From IMG/VR virus record IMGVR_UViG_3300017917_002434, positions 186,001-250,000 of that record: 64,000 bases of DNA; one strand, written 5' to 3'. Positions within the stretch are counted from its first letter, which is position 1, and each line of letters begins with the position of its first letter. Under the pieces are notes generated by a model that was not told the DNA's origin, did no database searches, and saw nothing but the letters and a program-made list of their open reading frames with translations. Below, one piece after another: positions 36,173-46,220 of this stretch. Both the position numbers and the translations under genes were made by a program.

Positions 36173-37386
36173 TATTCGTCCGCCTTAGGTCTCAATGCTT
36201 TGCTCAAGCTCTGTTTTTCTTTTACTAGCTTGCCGTCTATCATACGCTCATTGGTATTATTAATGAACGTACCTTTCTGATTTTGTCTTGTTTCTCTACC
36301 TTCAAATCTTTCTCCAGATTCGGTATCCGTAGTTCCGAGATTGCTCATTGTCATTCTTACATTGTCTTCGTACTTGACCCATCTACGTCCATTAAATCTA
36401 AATAATCTCTTAGGGAAATAATCTGTTCGTAGACAGAACTGTCCTTCGACAGGATTTCCAGGAAATGTAATACCACTGGTAAATGGAGCACCGTTAGGAG
36501 TAACGCCATCTTCATGATAGTTTTGATAACCATCTTTAGTCGGTGTTGCTATGATAACGCTGGCATCAATTCCAGATCCGTCATTACTGGCTTCTATTTC
36601 GCCAGCATCGGTAGTAACTAATTTAACATTGCCTTGTTCATCAAGCGGCACAGTATAATACATAGTAGTGTCATAACCGCTCTTAGGAGAGTCTGATTCT
36701 GCTTGATCCAGAACTGCTTCAGTGATACGCATTTCTGTTTCATAGGTACTCATGATATCACGCAATGTTGTGTTAGTATCTTCGCCGGTGTCATCGGCTA
36801 GACCATCTAAGATTTGTTTAAATTCTTGACTGTCAACTAATGGCGTACATTTTGCTCTATAAAGATGAGGATACCATGTAGCTGAAAAACCTTCTGCGGC
36901 ACGATTAACTTCTTCTATAACATAAAATCTTTTTAGGGCAAATTTTAAATCATTAAGTGCGTGATAATCTTTGAGGTGAGGCAATTCGATAACATCACCC
37001 GCCAGCAATTTTCTACCAAGTTTTTCCACAGTATCGTTAATATGAAACGTTATGAAAATAGTATCGTTTTGTAAAAATAATCCAAACTGTGTTAGATTAA
37101 AATCTAAATCTGTTATATTGTATACACCTCTTAAAACATAAACATCGGGGTCGTATTTTCTATCTCGATTTTCTAAAAATAACAAATCTTGTATCTGTAG
37201 CTCGGGAATTCCGCCAGTATACACGGGTGTTGTTGGTGTGCTAGCACCGGGCAACGGATCGCCGGGTCCTATATATTTGTGAACCAATACATCAACACCG
37301 CCGACTTGAAACATTTCCCAGACGGTTTTGTCGATAAATTTGTAATCATTGCCCTTTTCTGGGCGATAAAGCGAAAGTCTTGGCAT
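36172..37386 (-). CDS. gp14: Neck protein (T4 gp14-like)
   Basis: 'IQDLLFLENRDRKY', 'L.QFGLFL..D..FITFH', 'GDV.ELPH', 'FYV.E.V'; adjacent to gp15-like and divergent from gp13-like; start set at MPRLSLY. Confidence 0.6.
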   Translation of the reverse strand: MPRLSLYRPEKGNDYKFIDKTVWEMFQVGGVDVLVHKYIGPGDPLPGASTPTTPVYTGGIPELQIQDLLFLENRDRKYDPDVYVLRGVYNITDLDFNLTQFGLFLQNDTIFITFHINDTVEKLGRKLLAGDVIELPHLKDYHALNDLKFALKRFYVIEEVNRAAEGFSATWYPHLYRAKCTPLVDSQEFKQILDGLADDTGEDTNTTLRDIMSTYETEMRITEAVLDQAESDSPKSGYDTTMYYTVPLDEQGNVKLVTTDAGEIEASNDGSGIDASVIIATPTKDGYQNYHEDGVTPNGAPFTSGITFPGNPVEGQFCLRTDYFPKRLFRFNGRRWVKYEDNVRMTMSNLGTTDTESGERFEGRETRQNQKGTFINNTNERMIDGKLVKEKQSLSKALRPKADE

Positions 37387-37393
37387 AGTCATA

Positions 37394-37414
37394 TATTTAC
37401 CGCTACGATAAATA
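37394..37414. promoter_or_regulatory. Back-to-back divergent late promoters
   Basis: TATTTA 37394-37399 (minus strand) and TAAATA 37409-37414 (plus strand) within a 33-bp gap. Confidence 0.75.
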
Positions 37415-37419
37415 CTAGC

Positions 37420-38184
37420 ATGAGCCAACTTGACCAAGAAAAACAGAAAGTATTCGACTACTGCCGTTTGATGCTGGGCGACGGTATGATCGACGTAGAA
37501 TTAGACCCACAACACTACGAAACAGCGTTACAGCGTAGTCTAGGAGTTTTTCGCCAACGTGGTGATAATTCTGTAGAAGAAAGTTTCGCATTTTTGACTT
37601 TACAAGAAAATCAAAATGTTTATACACTACCAGACGAAATTCAAGTAGTTAGGGAAATATATCGTCGAAGTATTGGATCTAGATCGGGTGGTGGAAACGG
37701 CGGTACAGTGTTTGAACCGTTTAACTTGGCCTATACAAACACTTATCTGTTAAGCTCGACTAATATGGGCGGATTACTAACCTATGAATTATTCGCAGGA
37801 TATCAGGAACGTGTGGGTAAGATGTTTGGTAGCTTCATTCAATTTACTTGGCATGCTCAAAGTCGTAAATTAACTATACATCAGCGACCTAGAACAAACG
37901 AAGAAATTATGCTTTGGTGTTATAATACACGACCGGATGTTGCTATTTTAGTCGATACTTACGCCGGTCAGTGGATCAAAGATTATACATTAGCCAACTG
38001 TAAAATAATGCTCGGCCAAGCTCGTGAAAAATTTGCCAGTATTGCTGGTCCTCAGGGCGGCACAGCACTCAACGGTGCTAGCATGAAAGCAGAAGGTCAA
38101 GCAGACATCGATAGGCTTACAGCAGAATTGGTTAATTATGTTCCAGGACACGCTAACGCCAGTTATACATTTGTTGTGGGATAA
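37420..38184 (+). CDS. gp13: Neck protein (T4 gp13-like)
   Basis: 'Y..L.LG...IDVELD..H', 'WIKDY.LA..K..LG.AR.KF..I.GP.GG..LNG..(M/L)..E'; start moved to ATG 37420. Confidence 0.75.
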   Translation: MSQLDQEKQKVFDYCRLMLGDGMIDVELDPQHYETALQRSLGVFRQRGDNSVEESFAFLTLQENQNVYTLPDEIQVVREIYRRSIGSRSGGGNGGTVFEPFNLAYTNTYLLSSTNMGGLLTYELFAGYQERVGKMFGSFIQFTWHAQSRKLTIHQRPRTNEEIMLWCYNTRPDVAILVDTYAGQWIKDYTLANCKIMLGQAREKFASIAGPQGGTALNGASMKAEGQADIDRLTAELVNYVPGHANASYTFVVG

Positions 38185-38186
38185 TT

Positions 38187-38528
38187 ATGCGAGCTAGCGA
38201 ATTTATATTTGAGAGTGACGAAGAATTCTATACCGAAACTGCTAAAATGGTTTGGGGAGTAGGAAAGAAAACTGCTCGGGGCGGTAAAGCTAAATTAAAA
38301 TTTCGCTGCTCAACAGGTCCGAGAAAAAGTCGGCAAGTAAGTCATCCTAGTAAATGCGGTCAGCCTATGGATGTAGCAAAAGCTCAAAAAATGAAAACCA
38401 CCCGTGCCCGTACAAAAACACAGGCGGCTCGTAGAACAGACCGTACCAAGTCGATCAATACTGCTAGTGTATTAGCTAATAAGCTAAACAATCCCGGTAA
38501 GCCAAAAACACCAAAACCTTATTATTAA
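38187..38528 (+). CDS. Small basic protein with capsid-targeting-like N-terminus
   Basis: MRASEFIFE then a Lys/Arg-rich body with 2 Cys. Confidence 0.5.
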   Translation: MRASEFIFESDEEFYTETAKMVWGVGKKTARGGKAKLKFRCSTGPRKSRQVSHPSKCGQPMDVAKAQKMKTTRARTKTQAARRTDRTKSINTASVLANKLNNPGKPKTPKPYY

Positions 38529-38531
38529 CGT

Positions 38532-38560
38532 TTGACAATTTAAATATTCTATTGTATAAT
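38532..38560 (+). promoter_or_regulatory. sigma70 consensus (early) promoter
   Basis: TTGACA (38532-38537), 17 nt, TATAAT (38555-38560); GGAGG SD at 38570. Confidence 0.85.
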
Positions 38561-38579
38561 AACCTTAATGGAGGATATT

Positions 38580-39239
38580 ATGATCATAGGTATTTGCGGT
38601 TTTATTGGCAGCGGCAAAGACACCGTCGCTGACTATCTTGTAAACTTTCACGAATTTCGCAGAGAGAGTTTTGCCAACACCCTTAAAGATGCTGTAGCAG
38701 CCGTATTTGGTTGGGATCGTACTATGCTAGAAGGCCGTACCAAGGAAGCCCGAGAATGGCGAGAGCAAGTCGACCCTTGGTGGGCAGAACGTCTCGATAT
38801 GCCTACGCTTACCCCGCGATGGATTCTACAATACTGGGGTACGGAAGTCTGCCGTAAAAATTTCCATGATGACATCTGGATCGCTTCATTAGAAAATAAA
38901 CTCCGCAACTCTAAGGACAATGTCGTGATTTCAGATTGCCGATTTCCTAACGAGATACAGAGTATTCGTAATGCCGGAGGCATTGTAGTTCGTGTGATCC
39001 GCGGTGATGAGCCTGAGTGGTATAACGATGCTGTAGCAGTTAATCGAGGACCTAAACACCTACGCTGGGCACTGAGTAAAGAAAGATTGAATCAATTTAA
39101 AATCCATGCGTCCGAAACAGCATGGGTAGGTACTAAATTTGATGCTGTATTGGATAATAATGGAAGTATCAGTGACTTGTTTGAAAAGATTGAAGAACTG
39201 GTTAAAAATCAGCGACAAGATCTCCCTGTTTCCATTTAA
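38580..39239 (+). CDS. gp1: Deoxynucleoside monophosphate kinase (T4 gp1-like)
   Basis: 'IIGICGFIGSGKDT.A' P-loop, 'SFA..LKD', 'TPR..LQ.WGTE..R', 'VISDCRFPNE', 'H.SE'. Confidence 0.9.
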   Translation: MIIGICGFIGSGKDTVADYLVNFHEFRRESFANTLKDAVAAVFGWDRTMLEGRTKEAREWREQVDPWWAERLDMPTLTPRWILQYWGTEVCRKNFHDDIWIASLENKLRNSKDNVVISDCRFPNEIQSIRNAGGIVVRVIRGDEPEWYNDAVAVNRGPKHLRWALSKERLNQFKIHASETAWVGTKFDAVLDNNGSISDLFEKIEELVKNQRQDLPVSI

Positions 39240-39537
39240 TACCCTCTTTAGCTAATACACGCTGACAGTTAGCACACACTGTTTTAAGATTAGCTACTTT
39301 ACAGTTATTAAGATCTTCATCAACATGATATACTGCGAATACCTCGGGATGCAGTGATTTAAAACCGCATCGATCGCAAGAAGTTTTCTTTCTATAACCT
39401 GCCCTATACCATCTAGGTATTCCGTGATATTTTCCGTGCTTTAAGCATATCTCACAGAGAGATCTGTAATATATCTTTTTTCCTTTTCGATAGTTTATAG
39501 CAGCCGGTCTTTGTCCGCATTTACATAGGGGTCTCAT
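39202..39537 (-). CDS. Zn-finger HNH-endonuclease-like protein (111 aa)
   Basis: CxC...CxxC, then CxxC..'VYHVDEDLNN...NLKTVCANC'; start set 5 nt after minus-strand TAAATA (39543-39548). Confidence 0.65.
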   Translation of the reverse strand: MRPLCKCGQRPAAINYRKGKKIYYRSLCEICLKHGKYHGIPRWYRAGYRKKTSCDRCGFKSLHPEVFAVYHVDEDLNNCKVANLKTVCANCQRVLAKEGIKWKQGDLVADF

Positions 39538-39613
39538 ATATCTATTTAAGAAAATTGGACCTTTTCTGCCCCTTTTCCTATGGTTTAAACGCTGTGTTTT
39601 TTGGTTAGCCGAA

Positions 39614-39619
39614 TAAATA
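39614..39619 (+). promoter_or_regulatory. Late promoter core (TAAATA) for tail sheath
   Basis: gaaTAAATA; AGGAG SD before ATG 39654; divergent partner at 39543-39548. Confidence 0.7.
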
Positions 39620-39653
39620 TTATACAAGATTCAAACCATCAGGAGATAACGGA

Positions 39654-42600
39654 ATGGCACTTAATTCACCAGGTGTAGAGGTTACAGTAATCGATGAGAG
39701 TTTTTATACCCCAGCTGAAAGCAGCACAACTCCATTGATCGTAATTGCTACCACAGAAAATAAAGCAAATGCTAGCGGAACAGGTACCGCACAGGGTACA
39801 CTAGCGACTAACGCAGGTAAAGTTTACAGGGTTTCAAGTCAGAGAGAACTCGTTGATTTCTTTGGCGTACCATCATTTAAGAGAACTATTTCGGGTTCTC
39901 CGCTACACGGCGACGAAAGAAACGAATACGGTTTACAAGCAGCCTACAGTTTCTTAGGTGCTGCTAATTCTGCTTATGTAGTTAGAGCAGCAGTAAATCT
40001 CGACGACCTAACTGCGAAATCAGAAATTCCTGGTTCTGAAGCAACTAGCGGTCAATGGTGGTTAGACACTCAAAGTACTAACTGGGGTATTTTTGAGTGG
40101 GACTCTGCTCCTGCTAATTTATCAGGACAGAAATTCAATAACAAAGTGCCCGTTGTTATCACAGCAGAAGATACAGAAAGTCTCAGCGGTAATGAACCAG
40201 CTACTGGTGTAGGCCGTGTAGGAGATTACGCTATAGTAACAGCGTCTGATGTTATTAGAATCTATTACAAAGGCAAAGATTATACAACAGTAGGTGAACC
40301 AGTTTCTTGGGAACTGTTAGGTACTAAAGAATGGCGTAAATTTTGGCCAGCATTTACAGCAGAAATCGACGGCCACTCAGCTAAAGTAAGTTCGTCTACA
40401 TTCATTATCAATGGTGTACAGATCAACGTGCCAGCCTACACAACTGTTAGCGGAATGGTAACATTGATCAATAACGCATTAGTTCAAGGTGTTAGAGCAG
40501 CTAATGTAAATGGTTTTGTAACCCTATATATTACTGATACTACAGACGACATGGTAGGTGATTCCACAGGTAGTAACGCTCTTGTGTTACAAGATGGTTC
40601 GGCCACTGTATTGAGTTTGTTTGGTGTTGCTGCTGGAACATATTACGGACCAGAATTAACTATGGCTCCGCACACTCAAGTTCCTCAGTGGAAATCAAAC
40701 GCTGCTATTTCAAGACCAAGCGGTTCTATCTGGGTTAAAACAACTGATCCTAACCTAGGAGCACGTTGGAGAGTAAAACGCTGGAACAGCAGTTCTAAAT
40801 CATGGTTAGAAGTAGCTGCTCCATTAGCTGCTAATGCCCAAGGTGCTATTTTCGGTGTTAACAAAACAGGTGGTGGTGCCGGTATTGACAAAGACACAGT
40901 TTATGTTCAGTACAATTACACCGAAGATACAGGTTACGATAATACTCCACAAACAGCAAGTTTTAAAATTTTTGTAAGAAAGAATAAAGGAGTAACTTCA
41001 GCAACATCTGACGTTATCGGAGCAGGAACATTTAGCGGCTCTTACACATTTAGTATGAGAGAAAGCCTAGTTAATAGTGCTAGTCTATCAAGTCCTATTT
41101 CAATATCATTTACAGCAGCAGGAACTGGTGCTGACGCAAATACACTCCGTACAGCAATCAACAATGCTGGATTCGTTAATGTCGAAGCTACTGTATTAGA
41201 CGGTAAAATTACTATTACACACAAACTAGGCGGAGAGATTAGAATTGTAGACGGTAACGATTTATTCACCGATGCCGGTTTTGTTGAATTTGATGTAACA
41301 GACTCTACAGGAACTCCGAACTTTTACGGTTCTCCGAGTGTCAGCAGCGATTTTGACTATGTAATCAGTAACTATATGCCAATGTCTGGAACATCTACAG
41401 GATATGTAGCATCACCAGATGCTCCATTGAATGATCCAGCTGACGGTCAAAGATGGTTTAACAGTCTGATCGATCAAGCCGACATTATGATCCATAATGG
41501 TTCAGCATGGGTTGGTTACAGATACAGTGGTTCTGGTGGTATCGCTACTACAGCATCACCAGTATACGCCAACGGTACAGATCCTCTAGGTCCTATTGTT
41601 AACAGCACTAGACCTTTGCTACAAAGCGATGGAACTGCTCTAGTAACTGGCGACCTATGGATTGATTCTAGTGATTTAGAAAACTATCCAGTCATTTACA
41701 GATACCAAGACGGTTTAACTGATCAAGTAGCTAATAACTGGGTGCTGATCGATAAGAGTGATAGCACATCAGAAGATGGTATTGTGTTTGCTGATGCTCG
41801 TTGGGATCTAAACGGAGAGTCTAAAGATCCTGCGACGATCGTAGAATTGCTATCTAGTGATTTTGTTGATTACGATGCTCCAGATCCGGACTTATATCCA
41901 AGAGGCATCCTACTATTCAATACTCGCAGAAGCGGTTTCAATATCAAGAGATATGTAAGAAATCATGTTGATACATCAGCAGATAATCTACGCTACGGTG
42001 ACGAATCGATGATAGATTACGAACCAGCACGTTGGGTTTCTGATTCTGGTTCAGCGTTTGGAAGAAAAGCACAACGACAAGTTGTTGTTACTGCGTTGAA
42101 AGGATTGTTAAATTCTAATACTGAAATCCGTGAGGACGAAGTACGTAATTTCAATCTAATATCTACTCCTGGATATCCAGAAGTTCTACAAGAAATGATT
42201 GCGTTGAACATAGACAGAGGCACTACAGCATTTGTTGTCGCAGACGCACCATTTAGATTATTACCAGACACTAATTCATTGAATAACTGGGGTAAAAATC
42301 TTGCTAATGCTGCCGATAATGGCGATGTAGGATTAAGAAGCTCAGACCCTTATGCTGGCATATTCTATCCAGCAGGGTTAACCAGCGATAACAACGGAAA
42401 CACTATCATGGTTCCACCAAGTCATATGATGCTTAGAACTATAGCATTAAATGATCAAGTGTCATATCCATGGTTCGCTCCAGCTGGAATTAGAAGAGGT
42501 GGTATTAATAATGCTACGGCGGTCGGTTACTTAGAAAGCAAAACCGGAACATTTAAACCAGTATCATTGACCGAAGGGCAGCGTGATACAATGGCTAACA

Positions 42601-43013
42601 TTAAGGTTAATCCTTTAACATTCTTTAATGGTGTTGGACTTGTAAATTACGGTCAGAAAACTCTAGCTTCGGGTTCATCGGCTTTAGATAGAATTAATGT
42701 ATCACGTTTAGTAATCTACCTACGTAGTCAGTTGAGTAAACTTGCTAAACCTTATGTTTTCGAGCCAAATGATAAGTTAACTAGAGATGAGATTAGACAA
42801 GCCGTTGAAAGCCTGTTGTTAGAGCTTGTAGGTCTACGTGCTATCTATGATTACGCTGTTGTATGTGATGAAACAAACAATACTCCAGCAAGAATCGATC
42901 GCAACGAACTATATGTAGACATCGCAATAGAACCAGTAAAAGCTATTGAATTTATCTACATCCCGTTGAGATTGAAAAATACAGGGGAGATAGCGGCATC
43001 GAGAGCAGCATAA
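39654..43013 (+). CDS. gp18: Tail sheath protein (1119 aa)
   Basis: 'SPGVEVTVIDES', 'PWFAPAG.RRG', 'VNP......G...YGQKT', 'LDRINV.RL', 'FEPND..TR', 'CDETNNTP.RIDRNEL.VDI.IEP.K.IEFIYI'. Confidence 0.95.
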   Translation: MALNSPGVEVTVIDESFYTPAESSTTPLIVIATTENKANASGTGTAQGTLATNAGKVYRVSSQRELVDFFGVPSFKRTISGSPLHGDERNEYGLQAAYSFLGAANSAYVVRAAVNLDDLTAKSEIPGSEATSGQWWLDTQSTNWGIFEWDSAPANLSGQKFNNKVPVVITAEDTESLSGNEPATGVGRVGDYAIVTASDVIRIYYKGKDYTTVGEPVSWELLGTKEWRKFWPAFTAEIDGHSAKVSSSTFIINGVQINVPAYTTVSGMVTLINNALVQGVRAANVNGFVTLYITDTTDDMVGDSTGSNALVLQDGSATVLSLFGVAAGTYYGPELTMAPHTQVPQWKSNAAISRPSGSIWVKTTDPNLGARWRVKRWNSSSKSWLEVAAPLAANAQGAIFGVNKTGGGAGIDKDTVYVQYNYTEDTGYDNTPQTASFKIFVRKNKGVTSATSDVIGAGTFSGSYTFSMRESLVNSASLSSPISISFTAAGTGADANTLRTAINNAGFVNVEATVLDGKITITHKLGGEIRIVDGNDLFTDAGFVEFDVTDSTGTPNFYGSPSVSSDFDYVISNYMPMSGTSTGYVASPDAPLNDPADGQRWFNSLIDQADIMIHNGSAWVGYRYSGSGGIATTASPVYANGTDPLGPIVNSTRPLLQSDGTALVTGDLWIDSSDLENYPVIYRYQDGLTDQVANNWVLIDKSDSTSEDGIVFADARWDLNGESKDPATIVELLSSDFVDYDAPDPDLYPRGILLFNTRRSGFNIKRYVRNHVDTSADNLRYGDESMIDYEPARWVSDSGSAFGRKAQRQVVVTALKGLLNSNTEIREDEVRNFNLISTPGYPEVLQEMIALNIDRGTTAFVVADAPFRLLPDTNSLNNWGKNLANAADNGDVGLRSSDPYAGIFYPAGLTSDNNGNTIMVPPSHMMLRTIALNDQVSYPWFAPAGIRRGGINNATAVGYLESKTGTFKPVSLTEGQRDTMANIKVNPLTFFNGVGLVNYGQKTLASGSSALDRINVSRLVIYLRSQLSKLAKPYVFEPNDKLTRDEIRQAVESLLLELVGLRAIYDYAVVCDETNNTPARIDRNELYVDIAIEPVKAIEFIYIPLRLKNTGEIAASRAA

Positions 43014-43014
43014 T

Positions 43015-43040
43015 TTGATGGGGGAGAAATCCCCTATCAA
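43015..43040 (+). terminator. Stem-loop after sheath gene (terminator or stability hairpin)
   Basis: ttgatggggga-gaaa-tcccctatcaa; no long U tract. Confidence 0.55.
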
Positions 43041-43047
43041 CAAATGA

Positions 43048-43053
43048 TAAATA
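43048..43053 (+). promoter_or_regulatory. Late promoter core (TAAATA) for tail tube
   Basis: gaTAAATA; GGAG SD; ATG 43075. Confidence 0.7.
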
Positions 43054-43074
43054 ACAATACCGGAGCATAAGAAT

Positions 43075-43704
43075 ATGGCAATTTCAACACTATCAAAATT
43101 AACAGTACCTTTAGCAACAGACGCTTCGTCTAGTGCTCAGGGTTTGTTAATGCCCAAGCTAAAGTATAGATTTAGGGTAGTCTTACAAGGCTTCGGGGCA
43201 AACGGAACAGTAGCAACCGAATTAACAAAACAAGTAAACGATATTACTCGCCCTAAAGTAAACTTTGAAGAAATAGAACTTCCAGTTTACAACTCAAGAG
43301 TGTATCTAGCAGGTAGACATAACTGGGAACCAGTAACATTAAATGTAAGAGATGATGCTACAGGGTCTATACAACGTCTTTGCGGCGAGCAAATCCAGAA
43401 ACAATTTGACTTTTTTGAACAGTCAGGAGCAGCGTCAGCCCAAGATTATAAGTTTGTTACTTTAATCGAAGTATTAGATGGCGGTAACGGAGCCCAAACA
43501 CCAAACGTTCTAGAAACTTTTGAATTGTATGGTTGTTTTGTACAGAACATCGACTACGGCGATTTAAATTACACATCAAACGAACCAGCAATGATCGCAT
43601 TGTCTATTCGTTATGATAACGCAATCCAGTACAAAGGCGGCGGCGTTGACGGTATCGGTAGAAATATTGGTGCTAGAACAGTCGGTACTTTGGCGACAGG
43701 TTAA
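43075..43704 (+). CDS. gp19: Tail tube protein
   Basis: Follows the sheath; 'PKLKYRFRV', 'YNS.VYLAG.H.W', 'E.FELYGCF....DYGDL.Y', 'I.YDNA'. Confidence 0.85.
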   Translation: MAISTLSKLTVPLATDASSSAQGLLMPKLKYRFRVVLQGFGANGTVATELTKQVNDITRPKVNFEEIELPVYNSRVYLAGRHNWEPVTLNVRDDATGSIQRLCGEQIQKQFDFFEQSGAASAQDYKFVTLIEVLDGGNGAQTPNVLETFELYGCFVQNIDYGDLNYTSNEPAMIALSIRYDNAIQYKGGGVDGIGRNIGARTVGTLATG

Positions 43705-43722
43705 TAGCCGAAAAAATAAATC

Positions 43723-43748
43723 AAGCCCGGAATTCCCGGGCTTTTTTT
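43723..43748 (+). terminator. Rho-independent terminator
   Basis: aagcccgg-aattc-ccgggc-ttttttt. Confidence 0.85.
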
Positions 43749-43764
43749 ATCACTAAATAATATT

Positions 43765-44889
43765 ATGTCAGACAAATTCACTAGATTTTTAAAGGGAGTA
43801 GGTCAAGGTATTACCAATCCTAAAGGTAACCTAGGCGATGCTCGTCACGCGGCTCGATTGTATATAGACAATCAGTATACAAGAGCACCGAGAACAAAAT
43901 TTTTATATCATGTACAATTTAATATAAATCGTCCAGCAGTTCTCTCTGCGAATTTTTTAAAGCTTCATCAAAAAACGATTGATATGATGGTTAAACAGGC
44001 AGACTTGCCTAAGATAACATTAGAACACGAAATAAAAAATCAATATAATAGAAAAAAAGTTATCTACAAAGATATAAAATATGAAGGTCTTAATATTGTA
44101 TTTCACGATGACAACCTCGGTGTGATTAACGCTCTCTGGGCACAATACCTATCGTGGTATTCCAATGAAAGATTATTGCCTCCCACATTCTGGACTCAGA
44201 CAAATGGCCCCTACTCTCCCTTAGATGGGACTCAATCCGGAGACGAAAGAATTGCGATAACCGGAGCAGCGGCCGGAGCAGATGATCCTCAATCCGGAAC
44301 TGTTCGATACGGACTAGATGTGCCAAAAAAGGCGTTCGTAAGACCGTTTTTTGATTCGATAACCATCTATACATTGAGCAGGAAAAAATTTAATTCTTAT
44401 ACATTGATTAATCCGCATATAACTAGTTGGAATCATGGAAACGTAGATCAAGCTTCTAATAACGGAACCATCGAAGCAACTATGAACATAGTCTATGAAA
44501 CTGTGCTATACGGCACCGGCAGCATCGTTAAAGGAACCTCGGCTACAGCGGCATTACCGAGACAGTTTACTGATCTGTATTACGATAAAACACCTAGCCC
44601 ATTGACTATACAGGGCGGACAGCTCACTAGTCTTTTTGGCCCGGGCGGTTTGCTTAACGCAGGATCGAGTATCATCGAGGATGCTCCATTAATATACGGA
44701 GTAGGTAATGTTCAAGGGGATATTACAGGCTCGTCTGGTCTTGAACAGGCCATTAAAGCAATTAATCTTTACAAGAGTTTAGCATCATTACGGCCCGAAA
44801 ATCTCATAGCTGAAGCCACTAATATTATTTTAACTCCGGGTGCTGTCGGTAATGCTGTAAGCGGAATCCCCGGAGTCCGCTTCAAATAA
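43765..44889 (+). CDS. Tail-tube-fold baseplate/tube initiator protein (gp48/gp54-like)
   Basis: 'P..KFLYHV.F', 'VK..DLPK......KNQYNRK', 'I.FHDDN', 'Y.LINP.ITSW.H'; TAAATA-N5-ATG start. Confidence 0.55.
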   Translation: MSDKFTRFLKGVGQGITNPKGNLGDARHAARLYIDNQYTRAPRTKFLYHVQFNINRPAVLSANFLKLHQKTIDMMVKQADLPKITLEHEIKNQYNRKKVIYKDIKYEGLNIVFHDDNLGVINALWAQYLSWYSNERLLPPTFWTQTNGPYSPLDGTQSGDERIAITGAAAGADDPQSGTVRYGLDVPKKAFVRPFFDSITIYTLSRKKFNSYTLINPHITSWNHGNVDQASNNGTIEATMNIVYETVLYGTGSIVKGTSATAALPRQFTDLYYDKTPSPLTIQGGQLTSLFGPGGLLNAGSSIIEDAPLIYGVGNVQGDITGSSGLEQAIKAINLYKSLASLRPENLIAEATNIILTPGAVGNAVSGIPGVRFK

Positions 44890-44904
44890 ATTTAAAATCA
44901 ACAT

Positions 44905-45282
44905 ATGGATAAAGTTTTAACAAATCTACCGCAAAGCGAATCGATCGATAGTGCTAATCGTACTAAGACGTATCTTAATAACTTTGGTAACAACGGAGAA
45001 GAATACCTTAGTGCCGAAGTAGATGCTACTATAGGATTCTTAACTAATAAGGGATTTGGTATCGAAGCTGCTTCAGTTACAGCGATCGTTCTTCTACAAC
45101 AGGCTAAAAGGGACGGCTTTCCTGTTTTTAAATTACTAGAAACATTACAATCATTAAATCAACTAGAACTCTCAGGTCTAGTGGCAGAAATATTAAATCT
45201 TAATCGTAGCCAAACTTCTAGATTAGGATTTCGAACAGCTATATCTGCTAATCAAATCAAACTTAGAAATATCAGAGCATAA
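44905..45282 (+). CDS. Hypothetical protein (125 aa)
   Basis: Packed ORF in the late cluster; stop overlaps the next start. Confidence 0.5.
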   Translation: MDKVLTNLPQSESIDSANRTKTYLNNFGNNGEEYLSAEVDATIGFLTNKGFGIEAASVTAIVLLQQAKRDGFPVFKLLETLQSLNQLELSGLVAEILNLNRSQTSRLGFRTAISANQIKLRNIRA

Positions 45283-45722
45283 TGGTACGGTTCGCCCAGG
45301 GAAAATTCGAGATGAAGAATCCCGACAAATACATCGGGAAAAAAACACCACTGGCACGTAGTTCATGGGAGTTTGTTTTCATGCGTATGTTAGACGAACA
45401 CCCGGGAGTTGAGAAATGGGCGAGCGAAAGTATACAGATTCCTTATAGAGATCCACTAACAGGCAAATATACAATATATGTGCCTGATTTTTTTATCGTG
45501 TACAACGATAAGGGTGGAAAAAAACATGCCGAGGTCGTTGAAGTAAAACCGAGCAATCATATGTTCTTAGAAAAAGTAGGAAAAAGTAGATACAATCAAG
45601 AGCAGTATGTAAAAAACATGGCTAAGTGGGAAGCGGCAAACGCTTGGTGTAAACAACAGGGTATAAAGTTTAGAGTAGTCAACGAAGACGATATTTTCCA
45701 CAAAGGCTCAAAACGCAGATAA
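45282..45722 (+). CDS. gp4: Head completion nuclease (T4 gp4-like, TnsA-type PD-(D/E)xK)
   Basis: 'G.F..KNP.KYIG', 'RSSWE..FM', 'W.SE...IPY..P', 'Y.PDF', 'VEVKP', 'N.AKW.AA..WC', 'F.V..E'. Confidence 0.85.
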   Translation: MVRFAQGKFEMKNPDKYIGKKTPLARSSWEFVFMRMLDEHPGVEKWASESIQIPYRDPLTGKYTIYVPDFFIVYNDKGGKKHAEVVEVKPSNHMFLEKVGKSRYNQEQYVKNMAKWEAANAWCKQQGIKFRVVNEDDIFHKGSKRR

Positions 45723-45729
45723 GTATAGT

Positions 45730-46212
45730 ATGACGAAAAAACTTGAAGAACTATTCAATTTAGAGGATACTAGGAACGTAGAAGTTAAGGTTCCTGTAAT
45801 CGAAGAATCTAAGGATGAAGTACGGGATCTAGAACGTAGTTATAGGGAAGTCGATGCTATAGCTGGACAATTACCGGCTATCGCAGATCTAGAAAATCTC
45901 GGAGAAAACGAACTTGATGCGTTAGCAAAAAAAGCCGAAGAAGCCTATGATGATCTCATGGATTTAGGCATGAATGTAGAAGTACGATACAGCGGAAGAA
46001 TTTTTGAAGTAGCAGGAACTATGCTTAAAAATGCCATAGATGCTAAATCTGCTAAAATTGACAAAAAGCTCAAAGCTATAGATGCTAAATTGAAAAAATT
46101 AAAAATTGACAAAGATGCTGGCGACGAGGATCCTAATAGTATGCTTAACGGGCAGGCCTTTGTCATAACCGATCGCAACGAGTTATTGAAAAAACTCCAA
46201 GGAAAGGAATAA
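45730..46212 (+). CDS. Terminase small subunit (gp16-like)
   Basis: Helical 'A...YDDLMDLG.....R...R.FEVA..ML..A' and C-terminal 'DRNELLK'; lies upstream of TerL. Confidence 0.55.
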   Translation: MTKKLEELFNLEDTRNVEVKVPVIEESKDEVRDLERSYREVDAIAGQLPAIADLENLGENELDALAKKAEEAYDDLMDLGMNVEVRYSGRIFEVAGTMLKNAIDAKSAKIDKKLKAIDAKLKKLKIDKDAGDEDPNSMLNGQAFVITDRNELLKKLQGKE

Positions 46213-46220
46213 ATACTGAT

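Noticed and set aside
37279-37437. Apparent head-to-head overlap of the gp13-like and gp14-like ORFs
   Set aside because: Artefact of longest-ORF starts; the likely starts (37386 minus, 37420 plus) leave a 33-bp gap holding two late promoters.
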